This document shows, piece after piece, positions 50,275 to 54,987 of a stretch of DNA of 54,987 nucleotides. The DNA lies in NCBI RefSeq assembly GCF_004010195.1, contig NC_057719.1, positions 35,335,596 through 35,390,582 of the forward strand, given 5' to 3'. The DNA is from Chiloscyllium plagiosum (Eukaryota). Made by a program: the position numbers and the translations under genes. The notes below the pieces were generated by a model that was given only the letters and a program-made list of their open reading frames with translations, made no database searches and was not told where the DNA came from. Positions within the stretch are counted from its first letter, which is position 1. The number at the start of each line of letters is the position of its first letter.

Positions 50275-50362
50275 ATTTGTATGGTGTGATCTGCCTGTAC
50301 TGTAGACAAAACAAAACTTTTCACTGTATCTCGGTATGTGACAATAAGAAGTCAAATCAAAC
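50275..50362 (+). mobile_element. Short LINE 3' tail (Rex1/Babar-like, from memory)
   Basis: caaaacttttcactgtatctcggtatgtgacaataa...tcaaatcaaa. Confidence 0.45.
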
Positions 50363-51059
50363 ATTTTTTAAAGACTGAAAGATCCAGTACAGAAATCACT
50401 TTGTTCAGTCCCTGTGTATTATATATTTTTCCAAATATTTTTCATCATTAATATGAACAAATATGCTAGCACACAGGGTTTTCTTCACACTATTCTCAGC
50501 TTATCCAGAGACGACAAGGTCACAATCACCTCCTAAGAAGTCTTCTGGAAGATTAACTAATATAGCCTGGAGAAATTTAAGGAGGTAATGCCAGGGAACA
50601 GGCCTGAAGCAATCATTGGTCTTGAACCATCAATGGAGGAGTGAAGAGTAAAGGGAAGGAGGAATTTGAAGATATATGGGGCAAGATCATAGAGGGAATG
50701 CAGACAAGGTCAATGATTTTGCATTAAATACTCTGGGAATTAATAAGAAGGATGCAATTAATGTGTGTGCAGTACTTAGTGAGGGACATAGTATATGGAA
50801 CATCTTTGACAAAGGCACGTATTAAAGTTTCAGTGAATAAGATAGCAATATTTCAGACCTGAAGTAAGCAGTGATACTTCGGTGTCAAATAGGCTGCCCA
50901 AGATTACTATAGTCTTGATTCTGCATGACAGAGATGGTGAGGGAATACAAAGGCAGAATTTCTAGTCGATAATGACTTTGATATATAATTGATTAACTGA
51001 AAAAGCACATAAATCTGACTAGTCCGACAACACATTGGCAGTCATAAGACTTTTTAAAA

Positions 51060-52170
51060 TTTTGAGGAATATAGATTTCATGGTTGGGTCAGGTTTATTG
51101 CTCAACCCGAGCTGCTCTTGAGGTGGTGGTGCTGAGCTGCCTTTTTAAACTGCTACTGGTAGGTACACCCACAATGCCCTTAGGAGCATTTCGATCCAAC
51201 AGCAGTGAAGAAACAGCAATATATTTTCAAGTCAATGGTGAGTGGCTTGGAGGGGAATGGGAAATGTGGTGGGGTTCCCATGTATCTGCTGCCTTTTCTA
51301 AGTGGAAGTGTTCGTGGATTTGAAAGGTGAAGTTTAAGGATCTTCGGTGAATTTCTAACAAGAGCATCTTGTAGATGGTACACACTGCTGCTACTGAGGT
51401 GAAGGGAATGGCTGCTTGTGGATGTGGTGCTAATCAAACAGGCTGCTTTGTCCTGGATGGTGTCAAGCTTCGGGTGTTGTTGGAGCTGCACTCATTCAGA
51501 TAAGCGGAGAATATTCCATCACATTCCTGACTTGTGCCTTGCAGATGTTGCACAGGTTTTAGGGAATCAGGATGTAAGTTACTTGCTGCAGTATTCCTAG
51601 TCTCTGGCCTGCTCTCATAGCCCTTGTATTTATATGGAGAGTCCAGTTGGGTTTTTGGTCAATGGTAACCCCCAAGATGTTGATACTCGGGGATTCAGTG
51701 ATGGTCACTCCACTGAAAGTCAAGAGGTGGTGGTTAGATTCACTGGCACTTGTGTGGCATGAATGTTGCTTGCCACATGTCAGCCCAAGCCTGGATATTA
51801 TCCAGGTTTTGTTGCATTTGAACATAGGCTGCTTCAATATCCAAGTTGTCGCAAATGCCCCTTTACAGTGTGCAATCTTTGGCAAACATTCCCACTTCTG
51901 ACCTCATGATGGACGGGAGATCATTGATGAATCAGTTGAAGATGGTTGGGCCTTGGACACCACCCTGTGGAATTCCTACAAAAGATGTACTGGAGCGGAG
52001 ATGACTGACCTGCAAAAACTACTACCATCTTTCTACATGCCAGCAATGACTCCAACCAGAGGAGCTTTTCCCCAATTCCCTTTGATTCCAATTTTGTTAG
52101 GGTTCCTTGATGCCACACTTAGTCAAGTGTGGCCTGATGTCAAGGGCTGTCACTCTCACCTCTTTAACAC
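51060..52170 (-). mobile_element. CR1/L2-group LINE fragment (second family)
   Basis: ORFs KLDTIQDKAACLI, INILGVTIDQKPNW and WHQGTLTKLESKGI. Confidence 0.8.
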
Positions 52171-52294
52171 CATCCAAAGGCTGCAATGCAAGTGAATGAT
52201 GGAAAAAGTCACACTTATTTCATTAGAACTTTGGGAAACTCTGAGGTGTTCTTGTAATTCATTTACATTATGCAACTGAAATGCACATCAGTCA

Positions 52295-52560
52295 GGGTTC
52301 AGCAGTAAATATCACAAGCTTCCACACCAGGACTTATGCCCAAATATCAGAAAGCACAAACATCGCTGATTGATGTACTGAGGAAATGAGGCATTGTGAG
52401 CATGCTAACATGTGATGAGACATTAAAATGAGGTGTTAACTGTCCCTTCAGTTGGACATAAACATGGGAGTTATTCCCAATGTCGTGGCTTTATTTATTC
52501 CACAAATCAGCATCTCAAACAGAAAGTGGAATTTTAACCATGGGATATCATTTGTTTGAT
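52295..52560 (+). mobile_element. Degraded Deu-domain SINE (SacSINE1/AmnSINE1-related); a matching 3' part at about 53855-53990
   Basis: gatgagacattaaaatgaggt..actgtcccttcagttggacataaa..ggagttattcccaatgtc resembles the Deu-domain consensus as I recall it. Confidence 0.5.
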
Positions 52561-54397
52561 GTCACTTCTGCCCTTTTTAGTGGTTCCCACAGGATTACAA
52601 TTAAAATGTAAAGTACTGGTGACATGCATGATAAATCCTTTGTAATGCAGCAGGAATACTTTTGTAGTTGCCAATCCCAGTATCAGCTGACAATACAGCA
52701 GGTACAGGCAGGCTTTAAGAGCCTCATGAACGAAAAGGAATGCTCCTCATTACGGTCACAATTTTCCTGCCTAACTCCAATACCATTAACACAAGACTTA
52801 GAAACACAAAGGTGGCAAGAACATTTTTCAAATTTAGTTTTATGCTTGTAAATATTTCAATTATATTGGCTTCACTTTATTCATGTTTGCATCATCATTG
52901 ATCAGCTCAGTCAGTGTTAAACATACTGGTACACCTCATACTGGTACACCTCATAGTTTTTATACTTTGATGTTACAGGGGAATTAGTTTCTTTAACTAT
53001 AAAGAAATGTCTCTACAATGAGTATATGCGATCACTATTAAAGTTCATTTTTGTGTCCAATGTTGTGCGCAATTCTGTGAGACATGGTTGAAGCAGAAAT
53101 CTCAGCTGGGTCTTTCTTCTGTGCATTGTGGAGAAGATTGTCTGAGATCTCCCTCAATAGGATAACTGAAATGTAATTAATAAGCTCAAAGCCCTGTCAG
53201 GTGTTTGCCAGCCAACAACCAGAGATGGTCAGTACAACCACTGCCTTTTAGGTCACTTTTTTTTAAAAAAAAAACCTGAACTAACAGTTCTGACCAGACC
53301 CAAACATTTCCAGATTGCCATTGTTGCAGTCCACTAAACCACCTTCTATCCTTTATTCAATTCCTCTTCCACTGTGTCATGACTCCAAAGTACATTCCAT
53401 GCAAATCCCCCCCTCACCACTGATTAAACCCTGCCAGCCCCATTCCCACATGAAAGCTACCATTTTCCTGCTCCTCTCCCCTTGTACCCCTAGAGTTCAA
53501 CAACGAAAGCTGCTGATGTGAGAGAGCCGAATATTGCGTGCCACCTTTAAAACAAACATGAATCGGGTACTACAAGATTCTCATGTGGCATTGACTTTAT
53601 CCTGAGGGTAGAACATAATTACATTTTAACACAATAGTATTCACATCAGAGTAATATATGATAATTGAGACTTGACTACAGGTCAACTTGAGGTCCGATA
53701 TGCCACAATTACAATGCTGACTTCGTCCCTGCATCTCAACCCACAGTTATGAAATTGGCATTCCAGCTCCTATCTAATTCAAATCATGTATCACTTTTCT
53801 CATTCTTGCAAGCTCCATAAAATTCCTGCTCAACTCCCTTCCTGCTAGATTGTGTGGTCATTATCACATTGCTGTTTCTGGGATATTGTTACAACATTTT
53901 CTATATTACACTGTGATTACACATCAAAAATACTTCATTGATTGTAAAATGATTCAATTGTCATGAAAGGTGCCGTATAAATGCCAATTCTCAAGAGACC
54001 AAAAGTAGTACATAAGCAAATTTAGCAAGACACCAAACAATTGCAACTACTCTTGTTTACGTATGATACTAAAGATACTCAAAAACAGATAATCCAACAA
54101 ATACAGCTGATCCAAGCCCTCCATCTTACCAAACACAATTCATGGGCTTTCCACGACTGCTTTTGCATGATCTCAGAGGGTTCAAATCCACAAAATTATG
54201 GGCAAAAGCAGAAATTATTTCAAACAATGCAACGAGTTGCAATAACAGAAAACTTTCTTGTCCTTAAGCGCCAGACTTTTTTTAAAACTTGTGTTAAGGA
54301 ACACAATTGAAGAATCACATTGAGATATACCGTATTGTTCAATTTTGCAATAAGGTGGCAAGGCATTTCCAGGTCTCTCTGCATCCAGGCTCACACT

Positions 54398-54656
54398 CTT
54401 TATCGAGTTCTTTGAGGAGGTGACTAGAAACTTTGATGAGGGTCGAGCTGTGGATGTGGTGTATATGGACTGTAGCAAGGCATTGATAAGGTTTCCCGAC
54501 CTCAAATTCACCTGGACCGTCTCAGACTTTATCGAGTTCTTTGAGGAGGTGACTAGAAACTTTGATGAGGGTCGAGCTGTGGATGTGGTGTATATGGACT
54601 GTAGCAAGGCATTGATAAGGTTTCCCGACCTCAAATTCACCTGGACCGTCTCAGAC
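54398..54656 (+). repeat. Exact tandem duplication of a 129-bp CR1-RT/Penelope-RT chimeric unit
   Basis: Units start at 54398 and 54527 and are identical. The peptide FIEFFEEVTRNFDEGRAVDVVYMD (CR1) is joined to PDLKFTWTVSD (PLE). Confidence 0.92.
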
Positions 54657-54987
54657 CCCTCCCTCCCCTTCCTAGACCTTTCCATTTCTATCTCGGGTGA
54701 CCAAATCAACACGGACATTTACTATAAACTGACTTAGACTCCCACAGCTACCTAGACTACACCTCCTCCCACCCTGCCCCCTGTAAAAACGCCATCCCAT
54801 ATTCCCAATTCCATCGTCTCCGCCGCATCTGCTCCCAGGAGGACCAGTTCCAATACCATACAACCCAGATGGCCTCCTTCTTCAAAGACCGCAATTTCCC
54901 CCCAAACGTGGTCGACGATGCCCTCCACCGCATCTCCTCCACTTCCTGCTCCTCCTCCCTTGAGCCCCGCCCCTCCAACCGCCACCA
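54624..54987 (+). mobile_element. Penelope-like element RT region (runs off the window)
   Basis: PDLKFTWTVSDPSLPFLDLSISISGDQINTDIYYK..DSHSYLDYTSSHPAPCKNAIPYSQFHRLRRICS, a PLE RT motif-7/thumb sequence. Confidence 0.9.

Overview
This is vertebrate genomic DNA from a cartilaginous fish. The HE1-type SINEs and the CR1/HER1 and Penelope families point to a shark, and a bamboo shark is only my guess. The window appears to lie inside the minus-strand gene WDR20. Only one real coding exon is visible, at 19311-19493 (183 nt, AADLSKPIDKRIYKG...KETSKLFNEE), and the ORF track misses it. The rest is intron made mostly of decayed transposons: CR1 LINEs, a second CR1/L2-group LINE, tRNA-derived SINEs, Penelope-like elements (PLEs), two MITE-like DNA transposons and a probable 1.28-kb solo LTR. 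Almost all ORF-track entries are retroelement debris or spurious. The most notable hidden system is a set of short (about 100-215 bp) PLE terminal-repeat units from two families that carry minimal type-I hammerhead ribozyme motifs (CTGANGA-stem II-GAAA-palindrome-UH). Several are inserted alone or as fold-back doublets with their own 7-18 bp target-site duplications, and most motifs are sense to the WDR20 pre-mRNA. Other oddities are a 530-550 bp-armed inverted duplication, an exact 129-bp CR1/Penelope chimeric tandem duplication, a permuted templated insertion and a candidate poison exon. Repeat boundaries were read by eye and are approximate unless TSDs or TIRs are quoted.
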